Part shown: in pieces, positions 26,501-41,285 of the stretch
Numbering within the stretch: position 1 is the stretch's first letter
Layout: every line of letters starts with the position of its first letter
Assembly: GCA_043228905.1 (NCBI GenBank)
Contig: JBHGNT010000013.1
Coordinates: forward strand, 19,592,001-19,656,000
Source of the DNA: Azolla caroliniana
Taxonomy: Eukaryota; Plantae; Polypodiophyta
Length of the DNA: 64,000 nt
Direction: 5' to 3'
Notes under the pieces: model-generated
Databases searched by the model: none
The model's input: only the letters and a program-made list of their open reading frames with translations
Told to the model about the DNA's origin: nothing
Made by a program: the position numbers and the translations under genes

Positions 26501-29500
26501 CAGACACTGCTTTTTGTTATGAGGTGTGTGCATTATGTATATGTAATGTTTGCATTACATTGTTTGTATATACCATATAAACATGAATATTTCTGGTCAT
26601 AGTAATTTTTATGGGGCCAAAAAAACTATTAGATCAAGGATAGATTTATCCAATCTGACTTTGCCATTTTAGAGGTGGCATTCTTTTTGTGAGCTTAAGA
26701 AAACAGTTGCTCGTTGTAAAGTGCTGTTATGGAATCCCATCATTCTTGGGTATCCAGTTATTGATAATTATCAATCTGGTTATGCAAATCTAAATTGGAG
26801 ATTGTGCTGAGTCACTCCAATATCAGAAAGAAGAAAGAAAGAATGGTATATTTACATCTCTAAAAAAACATGAATATTTCTGATCATGGTAACTTTTATG
26901 GGGCCCAAAAAAACAATGAGATCAAGGAGAAATTTATCCAATCTGACAATGCCATTTTAGAGGCGGCATTCTTTTTATGAGCTTAATAAAACAATTTCTC
27001 GTTGTAAAGTGCTGTTATGGAATTCCATTATTCTTGGGTATCCAGTTATTGATAATTATCAATCTGGTTATATGCAAATACTTAATTGAAGATTGTGCTG
27101 AGTCCCTCCAATATCAGAAAGAAGAAAGAACGATGATATATTTATGTCTCTAAAATGACATAATGGCCTATGAGACCTGATAAATATTACTACTGTTTAT
27201 GTTAACTCTTCCATACAAGTTACAAAATTGAAAAGCAAGAGAAAATGTCTGCCGGTGGTAGCTTTGTAAAACTAATTAGCTTGAAATGTAATCATCATTG
27301 GAAACGAAATTGCTGCCCACTGAAAAATTTCCATCATGGCATGATCCAGCATGATGGTATCAAAAAGGTCGTTGGGGCAAGGAGGGCATTTCTGATACTA
27401 TTATGGCTTTGATATCTTAAAAATACGCACATCTTAATTATGGCCCTGGTTGTTGTTGGTGACATCCATGATAAAAAGAAATGGCTCTAGTTGGGTGATT
27501 AATCTGAGTTGTGAATCCACTCTAGCCAGGATGTTTGCTTGTACATATTGAGGAGTGACCCTAGTAGTATGTGTGGAAGAAACCTGTCAGTGCTCTCTGC
27601 CTGGTTGGTTGAATGATTTCAACCTTTCCCTTAAGAGCCACTCATTATAATTGAACGAAGAGCATGAAGCATTTTTAATGATTGTTCTCATGTCACTCTA
27701 CAGAAAGGTTCGAATCATTCTCTAAAGCAACAGCAATATCTTCCTCGGATCTTATAATAGATTGGGCAATGAAATACATAATTCTCTTCAGATTGATGTC
27801 TAATCTGGCAGTCTAAATCTATATGTGCAGTTGCTGAGATGGTCTCCGGATCTACCCATGAAGGACACTTGACAGATGTATCTCCATATATTTGGCTGGA
27901 ATAATGAAACCATCCGGGACATGTAAGAAGAAAACCTTATAATTGGCCATCTTTGTGCCTACATTTATGGATTGATCCAAGTCCACTTCAGTTATATCTA
28001 TCCTCATGCTTTATTCTCTCTGGCTTGGTCATATCCAAAAATCTGAAATCAAGACAATACTCAAATGATGAAGTTACATCTGTATCCATGCCATGTACTT
28101 CGAACAAAGCTTTCATTTGTGAATGCCAATGATTGGTTTCATCTTCCTAATGGTAGTTGTGTAGATGACGCTAGAGCTAATGTTTGATAATGATCCCTAA
28201 GTAATTTCCAGATTTCATGTATATAATTCATGACATGAAAAAGTGCCTCCAACTCCCAATTCAGCTCTATCTCACATGCTACCTGTTTTGCTTTATCATG
28301 CCGAAAATCATCACAATTAATTTCCTTTCAATGTTCCTCTAAACTTCCATGTTGTAGAGACTTGGTCCCAATATCTTAGCTCCATACAAGAAGGTAGGTA
28401 TGACCAATGTATTTAACAACTATCTCTTTGTACATCATTCTTGGAATCGTACATAAGTACATTCTCTCAAGCATCCCCAATGATGTGAAGTTGTGTTGGC
28501 TGTTCATGACTAGGTTAGCCTAGTCTACTATGTAATACAAGCAAACTCACACTTCAGATTATTTCACAACTTTTTCCTGAAAATATCAAATCGCTGTCTG
28601 CAAACAGTACAAAAGTCTAATGTGGTAAATAAAGCTTCTCCTGAAAGAATGGATACAAACATTTGCATTGGAATAGGACTACGAGAATATATATATAAAT
28701 ATTCTTGTAGTGCTTATGATATATATAAATATTTAATACCTTCCATGCAAATATTCCTGTTGACTATTGCATATGGTAGCCAACAAGAATGGGTGATGAA
28801 GCCATTGTCGCATGTCATGGGCAAAATGTTCTATTTTTTATTTTAGTTTATTTTTGTAGTCATAAAATTTATTTAAAGTGATCAAACGTTTGGCCAGCAA
28901 ACCCAAAATCTAAAAATCAGTTATGATGTTGGTGAGAAAGGGACATTTTGCTAGAGAATCTATAATGTTGGCGAGGAAAGAAATTTTATAAGAAATCCTT
29001 CCATTTTGGCATGCAGATTTCTTTGTGTCAAGCAAATGACTTGTGTTCTTTGTGGCAACAGAAACATAATAATCCGTATAGCCTGGTGAATGGCTTATAT
29101 AAAATTTAAGAAAAAATTTAACTCTTAACTGAATTTGGCCAGAAAATAGGACACTGATCTCTGCATTTTTTATTACCGAATTTTAATGATCTTATTTTGC
29201 TATAACAGTGTACATTCTTTCTGTCCTGTTGTCCATTTTCAGCTTTATTATGCCCCTTTTTCTGTGAGTTATCTCTATTCGTATCATATGGTTGTAGTGG
29301 AGAGAAGATTATGTCAAGCTTGAATTTAAATATAAGCATGATGGTGGTGATGCCTCTTCTAGCCATACATAATAAGTGATGTATTGATGCCTCATATTTT
29401 ATATTTATGTGCCAAATTTTCAAGGATGGACAACATACATGATATTCTACTTCAATTAAGCATGTTATTATGAATATGGTGTAAATAATGATTTCTTACT

Positions 29501-32500
29501 TACGTTATGCTTTAGTATTTATAATTGGGCATGAATCATAGTATGTGTATGGTGTGCTGTATATCACGTTATAAGTTTCAGTTAACATTTTAAGGTTAAA
29601 ACCCTAAGATTTAATTACGTCATTAATTTATATATAATTAAGTTTTTTTATTGCATTTCACTTTTTTGCAAATGATGAATTTCGGATTCAAATTGTTTCT
29701 TCAAAATCTTCCCTTTTTGTCTTTTGGAAACAGTTTGCAACTATGAATGATAACATCATGTTGCGGTAGTTTATAAACATACTACTCTGATGATATCAGC
29801 ACTCTCAAGTATGTTTAGGTTCATCTAAATTTCATTCCAAGGAACAATCCCGTGTACTTGCCAGCTTAAAAACTATGGATTAGCAACCATTTTATTTCTT
29901 TTTCAATTAACTCTATGAATTCAATTGCAGATGGATATGCTATTGTCCTTTTAACTTACCAATAAAACTCTCCTTGAGTGCAGGTTTCAAACACATCTGT
30001 GCAAGCCAATTGGACAGAATGCTTTGGTGGAGATCTAGAGAGTACATATCAGCATTTTGAATGGGGCCTTGGGTCAACAGAAGGAAACTCTGACATCCTT
30101 GGATTTGAAGATGTGGGTCTTTCAGAAGGTGCCAGGGTTGATGGCTTGGATCTAGCAAACATCTCTTTCTTTTACATTACTCTTAGAGCCTGGAAGCATG
30201 ATGGAAGGTGTACAGAGATATCTGTGAAGGCACATGGCTTGAAGGGTAGACAGTGTGTGCACCGTCGACTCTTTGTAGGGGATGGGCATGTAACGATATC
30301 CAAAGGAGAGAGTATAAAACGTTTTTTTGAGGAGGCAGAGGAAGCTGAAGAAGAAGAGGTACCTTAAAAGTTTGTTTCCAAGTAAATGAATGAATTAAGC
30401 ATCTTTTTGCTACCAAACATCACAGGCAACTATATTATTACATATTTCATAGGATGAGGAAGTAGCAGAGAAGAACGGAAGTGAATCTGAAAATGATGGT
30501 TTTCGTGTTCAAAGGCATGCTAGAAGTCCTGAATTGGCAAGGGAGTTTCTTCTGGATGCTGCAACTATCATATTCAAAGAACAGGTATTCCGAAAGTTTT
30601 TCTTTCTTAATGATTTATCCCTGATTATATCTAATTCAAAATTCAATACAATCTTCTTGTATGAGAACATTTGTATGCATGCTTAAACAAAGTTTTCTTG
30701 TATGCTAGCATGTGATTGCTTGAGATCAATCGTTATACGAAATGTCAAATTTCTGCTCTCTGCATGCTTTTTTATGCTGGGGTGAAGTCATATCTGCAGT
30801 TCATCCCATTCATGCATTCTAAACTCCTTAAGACGTTTTGATTATCAAAAAATTTGTAGACCATACAATTTCATATTTTTAAACATGTTTAAAATTTAGA
30901 ATGTTAACATATAAACACGATAAGCTCCATGTCTTTCAAGAATATGTTACACAGATTTTTTTATGAATATGTTCAAATTACAGAATGTTAGCATACAAAA
31001 ATGATAAGTAAGCTACATTCAATGATGTGTTTCAAGAATGAATTTAACTTTTTATTATATGGGATCACTCTGATTTCTTTATGAATATGTTCAAATTTTA
31101 GAATGTTTATCATCTTTAAATTTTATATTTTCTGTGGCAGCAATCTCTCTGCTATAATAGTTAACTGAGGTGTACCATTTGGAGAATATAATTGTGTGGT
31201 AGTGGTTAGCATTTCTTGCAGTCTGCATGATATCGATAGTTTTATGAAATGAAGCTTTTGTAATGGTATTGTAGTTTTATTGTAATGCTCCTGAATTTGA
31301 TTATAATGGCAGGTTGAAAAAGCCTTTAGAGAAGGAACTGCAAGACAAAATGCTCATACAGTATTTGTTTGTCTTGCTCTCAACTTATTAGAAGAACGTA
31401 TTCATGTCGCCTGCAAAGAAATAAGTACATTGGAGAAACAGGTGCGCTCAAAACATAATCATAGTCATCAGTAATTAGTTGATCGGCTCCATTGACAAAG
31501 AAGTCAAGGTGTTTATGTTTTCATACTTCGTAAGATGCTAAATTCAGAAATGTTGTTTTTGACTTTTACAGAAACAACTGCTTGAAGAGGAAGAGCGAGA
31601 GAAACAGGAAGAGGAGGAGAAGAAAGAGAGGAGACGGATCAAGGAGAAGGAGAAAAAGCTAAGGAAGAAAGAGAAGCAGAAAGGGAAAGAGCATATGAAA
31701 GATGATGGCAAGGTGAAGTCGCAAACAGTAGACAATGACTGTGATGCTGGGCCTAATGAAGAAGTTTGCAGTGATGATGAAATTAAATCTACTGTAAAGA
31801 GGGTGGATGAAGATACCTGTGTATCACCTCATGTAATGCCACATGCATCATCGGAAGGGATAGAAGAGGAGGCTCTCCTAGCTTCAGGTTCGGTTGGGGC
31901 TTTCAACTTCCTTGATCTTTCTGTAACTGTGGATAGTAAAGAATTTCAGGATAGTAACAATGCATTCATCTTAGAACATTCAAAAGCAGCTAAACGAAGG
32001 TCAAAGATGAGAAAAGGGCCCCTAACAGAAATTGTTCCTCCACGACGGTTTAGCAGGCGAGGACCTTATGATTTATCTTCTGATCCAAAAGTTTCGTTAA
32101 AGTCTTCATGTTCACCAGTTATTCAGGTTACAGAGGATGCAGTAGTAGGCACTCCAAAACATAATAGTAGGAAGGTTATCAAGCCGGAAAAGAGTGGTAT
32201 ACTGAGCTCCATGGAAACATGGAATAACACACGGTATCAACATCGTCAAATAGGTAATGTGTGTCAAAACCTGTCAAAAAGACCTCTTTATGTGAAAAGC
32301 AAGCCGAGTGATACGAACTCATTAACTACGAAGAACCTTGATAGGAAAAACGTGGTGTCAGTGAGTTCCAAGCAACCATGCAGGGTCAATAATTTTGTCA
32401 CTGGGTCAGTTCAGTATAATTGGCAGATTGTTAGGACCAATGCAAGTGATACAATGACAAAGAAAGGTTTATCTGATCAGCAACATTGCAAGGTGTTATC

Positions 32501-33908
32501 CAACTCATCCTTGGAAGAAAATGAAAATATAGAGACTCCTGAAGCTGAATGTGATGAAAGTTCGGTCATGAGCAAGTCTTACGACTCTTCTACGCCATCG
32601 AATTGCAAAAAATATTGTGGTTTGCATAATAGATCTGGAAAGAATGAACTAGAAAACAGTTCAGAAGAGAATTTGTTTGAGACAGTTGAGTCTTCTTCTA
32701 CAAGCCCAAATGCATCTTGTGGTATGCTAACCAAACTGGTTCCAATCTCAACCATGGGGTCTCTGGATGAGGATACTAGCCCTTCTTCTGCGGCTTCCTT
32801 TTTCACAGACACGAGTGATGGAGAAGTGACTAGCAATAGTGTCACGACTGAAAGCTCCTCATATCTCGAGTCAAGTGCTACTTCCGTTGAGGTATCAACA
32901 ACCGAGATTTCAACCCCTGCTACAAACCCAGAAGAGCCTCATAAACAATCTCTCTCCTGCACTACCACTACGGAAGAACAGCAGAAATATAACGCCCCAT
33001 TGTTTAAAGTTGATGATTATCATGCATTTAACAGCTTTCCATGCCCGGAATTATACCCTTATTCAAATGATCCGAAACTATTGGAGCAGCATTATTCAGT
33101 TGGATTTGAGCACATTCCACTAGGAATGGGTGTAGAGGTTCAGGCACCCTTAATTGATGTTGCCTCACATGGTTATGAATTGGATTCAGTGATGATGCAA
33201 CATGGTTATGAATTGGATTCTACGATCATGCAACATGGTTACGAGTTGGATCCTACTATGCAGCTTTCACCGTCTCTATTGCCAATGAACCCTCCTCCAC
33301 CGCATCCTTTCGGTTACTCATGGGTACAAGGTCAGTGTGTAGCAGCACCAGTTCTAAATACATTTCCGCCTCATCCAGGAAACTTGTATATAGATGTCGG
33401 GACCCCAATAGGGCTGACAACTACCTTGCTTCCATTCCAACCGGGGCTATCGGTGCTCAGTTTTCCTTGTATGCCAGGTGTTCCAGAAGATTCCAACTTC
33501 ACGTGCTGGGGAGGTGAGCCATATATCCTCGAGAAGCAACCTGATGTCGATTTATTCTCTTCCAGGGATGTCTTCCAGCAGCATGTATTGCCATCTGAAG
33601 AGGGCTTTTGCGAGCTTTCGAGCCCTGAAGTTGATGCTGTCATCCCAGCTTTGGCCGAACCCTCGAATGATGCACTGGGATTTTCGCTTTTCCATTTTGG
33701 TAGCCTTCCCGGAGAAGAACAAGAGAAAGCTGGTGCTGATGACGAAGACTCAAGCCAAAAAGTCGTGGAGAGGCTGGAGGTTTCTTGTAGTAGCACATCA
33801 ATGCAACAACAAGAATCAACAAAATCAGGAGTGATCAAACCTAATCTACACGTGGAAGAGTATACTCTGTTTGCAGCAAGACCTTCTCATAGATTCAGTT
33901 TCTTTTGA
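23597..33908 (+). CDS. Conserved plant protein of unknown function, At3g58050/At2g41960-like
   Basis: Exons 23597-23740, 25552-25917, 26036-26295, 26382-26523, 29984-30358, 30453-30584, 31313-31441 and 31572-33908, all GT-AG. Motifs MPGL, FWGELS..RHELLRIDK.SLFEQARKNMYCSRCNGLLLE, DPSVHPWGGL, ELLYPDACGGGGRGWISQ, KRFCRDCRRNV, HARSPELAREFLLDAAT, EKAFREGTARQNAH, an E/K/R-rich coiled coil, FSLFHFG and C-terminal EEYTLFA...FSFF. Confidence 0.9.
26579..27155. repeat. ~288-bp direct tandem duplication in an intron
   Basis: AAACATGAATATTTCTG...TCTCTAAAA occurs at 26579 and again at ~26866 with scattered substitutions. Confidence 0.9.
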
Positions 33909-35964
33909 AGTGATTGCAGCTTCAGCAGTTGGTGGGCATGTATAAGAAGAGGAAATATCTGGAGCACTCACTGCAAGTATATTTACATCTCTATCTTGCT
34001 CTGGCTCTCTTTTTATCTCGCCCTTATATGTTAATTTCCGTCATCATCATCATTATTATATTATTATTATAATTATTCAATGCTCACTTACGAGCCTGTG
34101 TGCCTGTAGAATTGTCTGAAAAAAGTTTTCTCTACAGTGAGCTAGTGTTCTTTCTGTTCGAGCACAAAGAGGTCGCATTCGTCGATTCATTAATAAAGTC
34201 TTTATATATCCAATGTGCGTGTTTGCTATAATCAAAATTGTTATTACCTGTTCTATGTCATGTGTTACTTTATTCTCCAATTATTATATTAACGATTCAG
34301 ATCATCATCTAGGTTTGGATCACATCCGTAAGGTTGTACTGGTTCATTAGAACTGCTGGTTTCTTGGTAGTATCTGTGTGATGGGTCGAATGTGCCCTGC
34401 CTCTTGTTTCGCTAGCAAAATGTAATAACTCCATTTTGTGTGGGATGGTAAAGTTGTTCTCTTAGGTCTCTATATGTACCTATCGATATGACAATGAATA
34501 TCCCATGGTCTTCATTGACACGAAGATTTGCTGTGGGAATTGTGACAAATGCAAAACAAATTATGGTATTTAACTGCTTATACCTCTATGGTTTGATGCT
34601 TGTGTGAACTTATTTGGCATGCCACAATAGTTTTGATGATAGCTCTACTTTTCCTATCCCAACAGATATTTTTTTGCACTTCAAGAATCATCAAGATAGA
34701 ATGTATTATGATGTCTGAGCTCTGTGGCAAAAATGAGTTACAACTTTAGGACAATGTGGCATTGGTCTAAGAAAGAATGGTCACTGTTTCCTGATCCAAT
34801 TGAGATAGTAATACAATTGGCATCATAAACATTATGATTATGGGCCAACTATGACTTCACTTCATAATGTAATAAATTTAAGTTTGAAGTTTGCAGGATA
34901 CAATTATAGATTTAAACATATTGCTCTTCCCTTTTATGTAATTCACCAATGCACATGTAAAGTCACTTGAAAAGTTTGAGAAATTTGGGAGAGTATCACC
35001 TTCAATGATGACCCTCATCTTGACATACTAGTTGGCTCCTTTTCAGAACATTTTAACATAATATGGAGAACCTTATTATAGGTAGAACTACCCAATTTAG
35101 TGTGTCAAAATGTAACTAAGGAGAGATGCGATGATGGTTTCAACACTTCATCCAACAATTGCACAATTAAGCAAGTGAGAAACTAGTAATCAGAGTAAAA
35201 AAATACCCTAGAATATTAACATATGAATGTCGAGATGTGTAATTATTTGTATAAATATATAAAACAAGCCTGAACTTTCTTTATCATTAGAAAACATCGG
35301 CAAATGGCAATATGTTGTTTTGAGAAACTTGGTTTGAAAAGGCTATGACAAATCAGTAAGTTTTGGAGCATTTGTTTGATTGTCAAAAACTTCATCCATC
35401 CCAATGAGAAATAATTAGTTTGTGCTCATCTTATTTGTTTTTGGTGTGGGTTTTTCATCTACTCGATGATGCATTGTTGTGACTTAGATTCATTGTAGTT
35501 GTTGATGTAATTCATGTCACGAGTTTATTTGTAACTATTATTATGTTTTTCTTGTATTATAATGGATTTTTTCTAGGAAACATCATATGATATTTAGTCA
35601 TCTCCAAACAATGGTTGGTGAATCTTTCGTCATGTACGACAACTTCTACAATAGAAGCATAATAGTGAAGGGAGTGCATCAAAGTGTGCTTCGAATGTAA
35701 TTTCTTGTTTCTTTAAAGTCTCCATTATATTCATATGCTTGCACTAAACTTAAATCGCCTTTGAAAATGCAATGTTATTGTTTTCTATCTTAATAATATG
35801 GAAAGCACCATTTGTTTACATATTTGAATCGTAGAATGTGTGAACAATAAACCAATCAAATTGAATATGTGGTGTTTTATATAAAAGATACTACTTTCAC
35901 ACTGTTACATTTTATTTGTGATGGTGAACGAGAAAATGGGCCAAACACCTTGAGCTGCTCGTGA

Positions 35965-38900
35965 CTAACTACTACCAAAAATTAAAGAGGGCAAGTGAGG
36001 GAATTGCGGGTGCGGACGGTGCAGGTCGCTCAGCTGATGGCGCATGCGATCTCCACCGTCCAATATGGATAAAAATCTAACAACGTCTGCCACTAGGAGC
36101 TCGACTCTGTCATAAGGAGCCCCACTCTCTGACAACCTCTATCACTAGGAGCCCGACTCTGTTATAAGGAGCCCTGCTGTCTGACAGCCTCTGTCACCAG
36201 GAGCCCGACTTTGTCAAAAGGAGCCCTGCTATCTGACAACCTTTGTCACTAGGAGCCCGTCAAAAAAGTAAAAGTAATAAAGAATAATATAACTATATAA
36301 TAAAATAAAAATAAATAGGGTATTGGTTAGAGTTATACCTAAATTTTGCTAGGTTTATGGTTCAAATCCTTCTTCTTTTTAATTCTCTCTTTGGTTTTTT
36401 TTCTTCTTCGATTACTTTCTTTATTAGGGTTTCAACATTTGGTTAGTCACTTTACACTTTATTTACATTTAAGGGTCGTAATAGTGGTATTGAATTCTCG
36501 TCTCAACGTGATGAATTCTTGTCTTTTGCAATTGTAGATTTTTTACCCTATGATCCTTCTAATCCGCATCATGCCCTTAACACTTTTGTTTAAGTAAAAT
36601 TAGGTCTTACCATTTGGGCTATGTTGATTGTCACTTTAATATGCAACTCACTCATGTTCCAAGTTAAGTTAACTCTCGTAATTTGGGCTTTTTCTTGATT
36701 CTTTGACTTTATACCATGAAATACTCTACCTATGGATCATGAGCCAAAACAAGGAGAAATGACACAACGACACATTCACATTTTCAAACTCACTCATTCA
36801 CTCTATTCACAATAGTATGCAACTCACTCATGTTCCATGTAAAGTTAGCTTTCATAATTTGGGCATTTTCTTGGTTCTTTGACTTTCTACCATGGAATAC
36901 TACTACCTATGGATCATCAATCAACACAAGAAGAAACGACACAATAACACATTCACATTTTCAAACTTGTAGGAACCATTGGACACCACTTGGAATTTCC
37001 AAGGTTAAATAGACATAGCAAACAACTACTAAAGAGTACAAAAAACAGCGACACTTATAACATTTCAATTCCACATGAAAGATTCCCTATTAGGGTGTAA
37101 AAATAAATTTCCATACATACATCCCTCTAGAGTACCAATATCAATATAATACTACCCAATTTTGAATATATACAAGGTATGCATAGAAAACCTTGTGGAT
37201 GGTGAATATCATTCTCACATGCTCATCGGATGCAATAAGTATGATGTCGTACTAGAGAAGCATGATACTCAAATCCCACCAAGAAGGATGAGCATATAAG
37301 CACATTAGTTACCTTCACACAATTTTTAACTACAAAATAGCAAACCCCCTTCACAAGGGATCACATATATGATGACATGTTTAATTGCTGAATGGAAAAT
37401 AAGAATAGATTCTATTATACTCAATTCTCTCTTAACATTAGTCAACTACAATATCTCATGATAATAGGACAAGTTTAGCATGCATTGAACTCATATATTA
37501 GTATTCTTGTAGGATTGTCTATAAGATTGAATTGTGACCCTTTTTGAGCATTGAACAGAAAATCCTTGGTTTAACACACCCAAGATCCATACAGTAAATC
37601 AATGGCTATCCATATAAGAACATTGAGATATTACCATGATGGCCTTTTCAGTGCAACTACATGTATAACATAACAAAGTTGTGATAAATGTTCACTTCAC
37701 AAAGAAATATAACAATGTGAGAAAAAATGGGCAAAAAGGTGTCATATAAAGATGCCCCAATATGTAGTTTTAGTTCATAGATACAAACTTGTGTAAAAAA
37801 ATATAAACAAAACAGAATGATTTTTGAGGATTTCAAACAGAATTTTCAACATTAACCCTTTTTGAAACTTGAAACTTAATGGCATTGGAGATCTAATGAA
37901 ATTTTTTATGCATAGAGATTGATAACTTGTGAGACTATATTAACAATATGTATCATGGACTAAGTATAATAAAGTGATAATCAAATAGAAGGCTTAATTT
38001 GATATCTCAAACTCCTCAAGATCTTACTCAATTTAATGTTTAATAAAGGCAAATATATGAAGGCACAAGTTACTGGGCTTTCCTATAAAAGAACACCAAA
38101 CATAACTATAAAACAAATCTGATCCCACATTGAGTCAGATACAACCAAAATGAGATTCAAATATTGATTTTGATATTACAAAATCCATATACATCATCAT
38201 TAGTTTTGGTTATACAAAAGTAGATCATCACCCTTAGAGTAGATCATAAGTAAATCCATTGGCATAAGAGTGTATCATAAGTAAATCCATTGCATTACTC
38301 ATGTTGTCAGTTAATCATATCCTCTAAACAAAATCCATTGCATACAAAAACCGAAAAATCAAAACTTCATCCTCTGAATAGAATCAAAACTCATCAACAT
38401 GTATACAAACAATTTCATATAAACAAGCTTTACATCCATGTTACAAATAAGAGGCAAGAAGAAGATACACAAGACGTATAGATGCCATATTACAAAATCA
38501 ACCATTTACAACAGGCCATGATCATTCAAGTTGCCTTGGTTACAATATGCAAAAAAGGTTGGCAACCTTGGTTCCAACGTACTAAAAAGATTTACAGCAT
38601 TTTTACAAAAAAAATGATACAAAAAAGCTTGATAATGCACCGATATCATATATTTTATGTTATGAAGTATAACATTTCCTCCGGTTAATATATGGGTTTA
38701 GGGTTTTTAATCCGGCGTGCCCATTTTGCCAACGTTTTCAAAGGAGCTCCACATCTTCGAATCCGAACCATTGCTCCTTACCCTACACCAATGCACACAT
38801 TTGTTGCAGCTCTTACAATAACAAATGCCATTATTCAATACTTGGGCCATACTTACAAAATCTATTGAATCGGATCCAAATCACCCAATGTCTTCAAGCT

Positions 38901-39581
38901 GACCGTTGGTGGATTATTCAACGGGTCACAATAGACTATTGGCCTCCTCCTCAACATTTCTTCATATTGATGCTGAAATTATAACAATGCATTTATATGA
39001 TACATTTGAAAAATGGAACAACTAAGTCTCTCACCATGTTAGAATATGGAACCACGTGATCAAATGTAAATGAAAAGAAACCCTAAATGATGTAAAACAT
39101 AAAAGTAACCATGAAAATACATACCTATTATTGCTTTCATTTTGCAGATCAAATGTCGGTGGTTGGGCAGTGCTCGCTGGCGGAAAGTGGTGCTCCTCTT
39201 GAATTTTGGCGGAAAGTGTTGCGCCTCTCTGATTTTGGTGGAAAGTGGTGCTCCTCTCCGATTCTTCCCTCCAAATACCCTAAAACTCTCTTTTCAAAAT
39301 AGGTTCAAAATGAGTGATTCAAGGTTTTTATAATTAGTGCTCATTAATAATGAGCGGGGCTCCTTTTGACAGAGTCAAGCTCCTGGTGACAGAGGTTGTC
39401 AGGTAGCGGGGCTCCCTTTGACAGAGTTGGGCTCCTAGTTACAAAGGTTGTTAGACAGCGGGGCTCCTAGTCGGGCTCCCCAATAACTGACGATGCAAAT
39501 CGCATGTGCCCTCGGTTGAGCGACCTGCACTGTCCCTCTTCGTGATTCCCTCACTTCCCTTCAATTTTTGGTGGTATTTAG
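35965..39581. mobile_element. Old non-autonomous TIR DNA transposon (CACTA- or Mutator-like) with subterminal repeat arrays
   Basis: About 300-bp imperfect inverted ends (TACTACCAAAAATT...GTGCAGGTCGCTCA vs TGAGCGACCTGCAC...AATTTTTGGTGGTA). GGAGCCC/TGACA repeat arrays at ~36090-36260 and inverted at ~39355-39480. TSD not resolved. Confidence 0.7.
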
Positions 39582-40086
39582 AAACCACGCCTCGAACTTC
39601 ATACATATGGATTTACTTTAATTATGGTTGAGTATAGCTCTAAAACTATGGAAGATTTCAATAACATATATTGACATTGGTCAAAAGTGTGGTATGTTAT
39701 AAAGGTAATGCTTTCACATTGATATATTTCTTCATCCCCACCTTACTTCTAGAGTGGATTTGGCATTGGGTTGAACGAATATCGTTCCAATACTATATAA
39801 AAGAGGGATTGGGCACCTCACAATGGACTTAAAAAGTTTGGCCAAATGTTGTCCTAAAACTACATACACACAAACAAGAGCAATGTTATGTGAACATTGT
39901 TCTAAAAATACATACAAGGTGGGAAGATAGGGATCAAAATATTGGTCTCTAAAACTACACTGATGGATGGGGATTGTGATTGGGTCGAAAGAGGGACAAA
40001 AGTGTAGTCGAATTAATATTAGGTAGTGTTCTCAACGTCTCAAGTGATGAGAGAGAGTGTGTGTGTGTGAGAGAGAGAGATGGAGG

Positions 40087-40795
40087 TGTTATGGGTCTCT
40101 CTTGACGGGAGAGATCAGCTAGAATGAGAACCAAATGGTCGTAGCGACCAATCGACCAATTTGAGGATTTGTTGGGTTGGTTTGACTGAAAGGTTGAAGT
40201 GAGGGTTGACCGGTCGGATCGACCAGAGAGGTCGAAAATTGGGTTGACAGGTCAGTAGACCAGAAGGTCGATCTATGGGTTGGTCGGTTGGTTGAATTGA
40301 CTAGTGGGCCGACTAGTAGATATATATATATATAAATAGATAGATAGAAGTTAGGGTTGTAGCTAGAGAGATAGATAGAGAGTGTATGAGTGAACATGAA
40401 GGAAACAAAGGGAAAGACAGAAAGATAGTTGTGTAAGTGGACTGCTGAAACCCTAGTTGTGGTTTCAGACATTGACCTAAAAGGAGTTTGGGTGACACCA
40501 TCACCTACACAGGTTCAGTCGTCTCGTACCTTCCTACCTGTTTGTCTCTGTAAGTGTTGTTTTCCTCTAAGGTTGTGGCATCATTAGAGTTCTCAGTGAT
40601 TCCCCCCTCAGTAAGCTAAGGGGAGTTCTTGTTATCTAGTTGTACTCTCTCTGATTATAGTGAAGGGTTTGGTGACCGGAGGGCACTTGTGGGTTTTCCC
40701 TGGTTTAGGGTTTCCACGTAAATCCTGTGTCTTTTGCTTGTGCTTGTGTGTTTTAGGTTTTCTGATTCGTGTTGTCTCGGATCTTAATCCTTGCA
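40087..40795 (+). mobile_element. Solo LTR
   Basis: TG...CA ends and a perfect TSD GGAGG (40082-40086 and 40796-40800). U5-like block GGGTTTTCCCTGGTTTAGGGTTTCCAC resembles the other solo LTRs. Confidence 0.85.
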
Positions 40796-41285
40796 GGAGG
40801 GAGATGCATGAAGGAGAACCAATGAATACCTTCATAAGAAATTGGCAAAGATAAAGTAGATGCAACAATTGTAGTAGGTAACATTATTGATAGAAACATG
40901 GAAATGTGAAATATTGATGGGTTCCTTACTAGGATGACACTTGTGATGATCCATAGCAAAAAGGGAGAACCTCAATCTTCAAAACTAAGGGATTGCAAAA
41001 TTCAAGATGAATTGCAAAGAAAGAGATCAAATGGCAATCAAACAAAAGCAAGCCCCATTGCAGTGGCAACATCCATGAAACATAAAAAAGGCAATTACCA
41101 GAACTCGTAGGCATCCTCAAAATATCATTAAAGGAGGAAGCCTCCTCTAGGAGCAAAAAGAAATAATATGATCAAAAGTGCAAAGAACGTGGAAGATTCT
41201 TTGCACAAGAAAACAACAATATTTCAGTACAATCAAACAATAGAGAATACAAAGATGGATATTCATAAAAAAAAACATGTGCGAG

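Noticed and set aside
32579-33838. Several overlapping alternative-frame and antisense ORFs
   Set aside because: They are shadows of the long last exon of the At3g58050-like gene.
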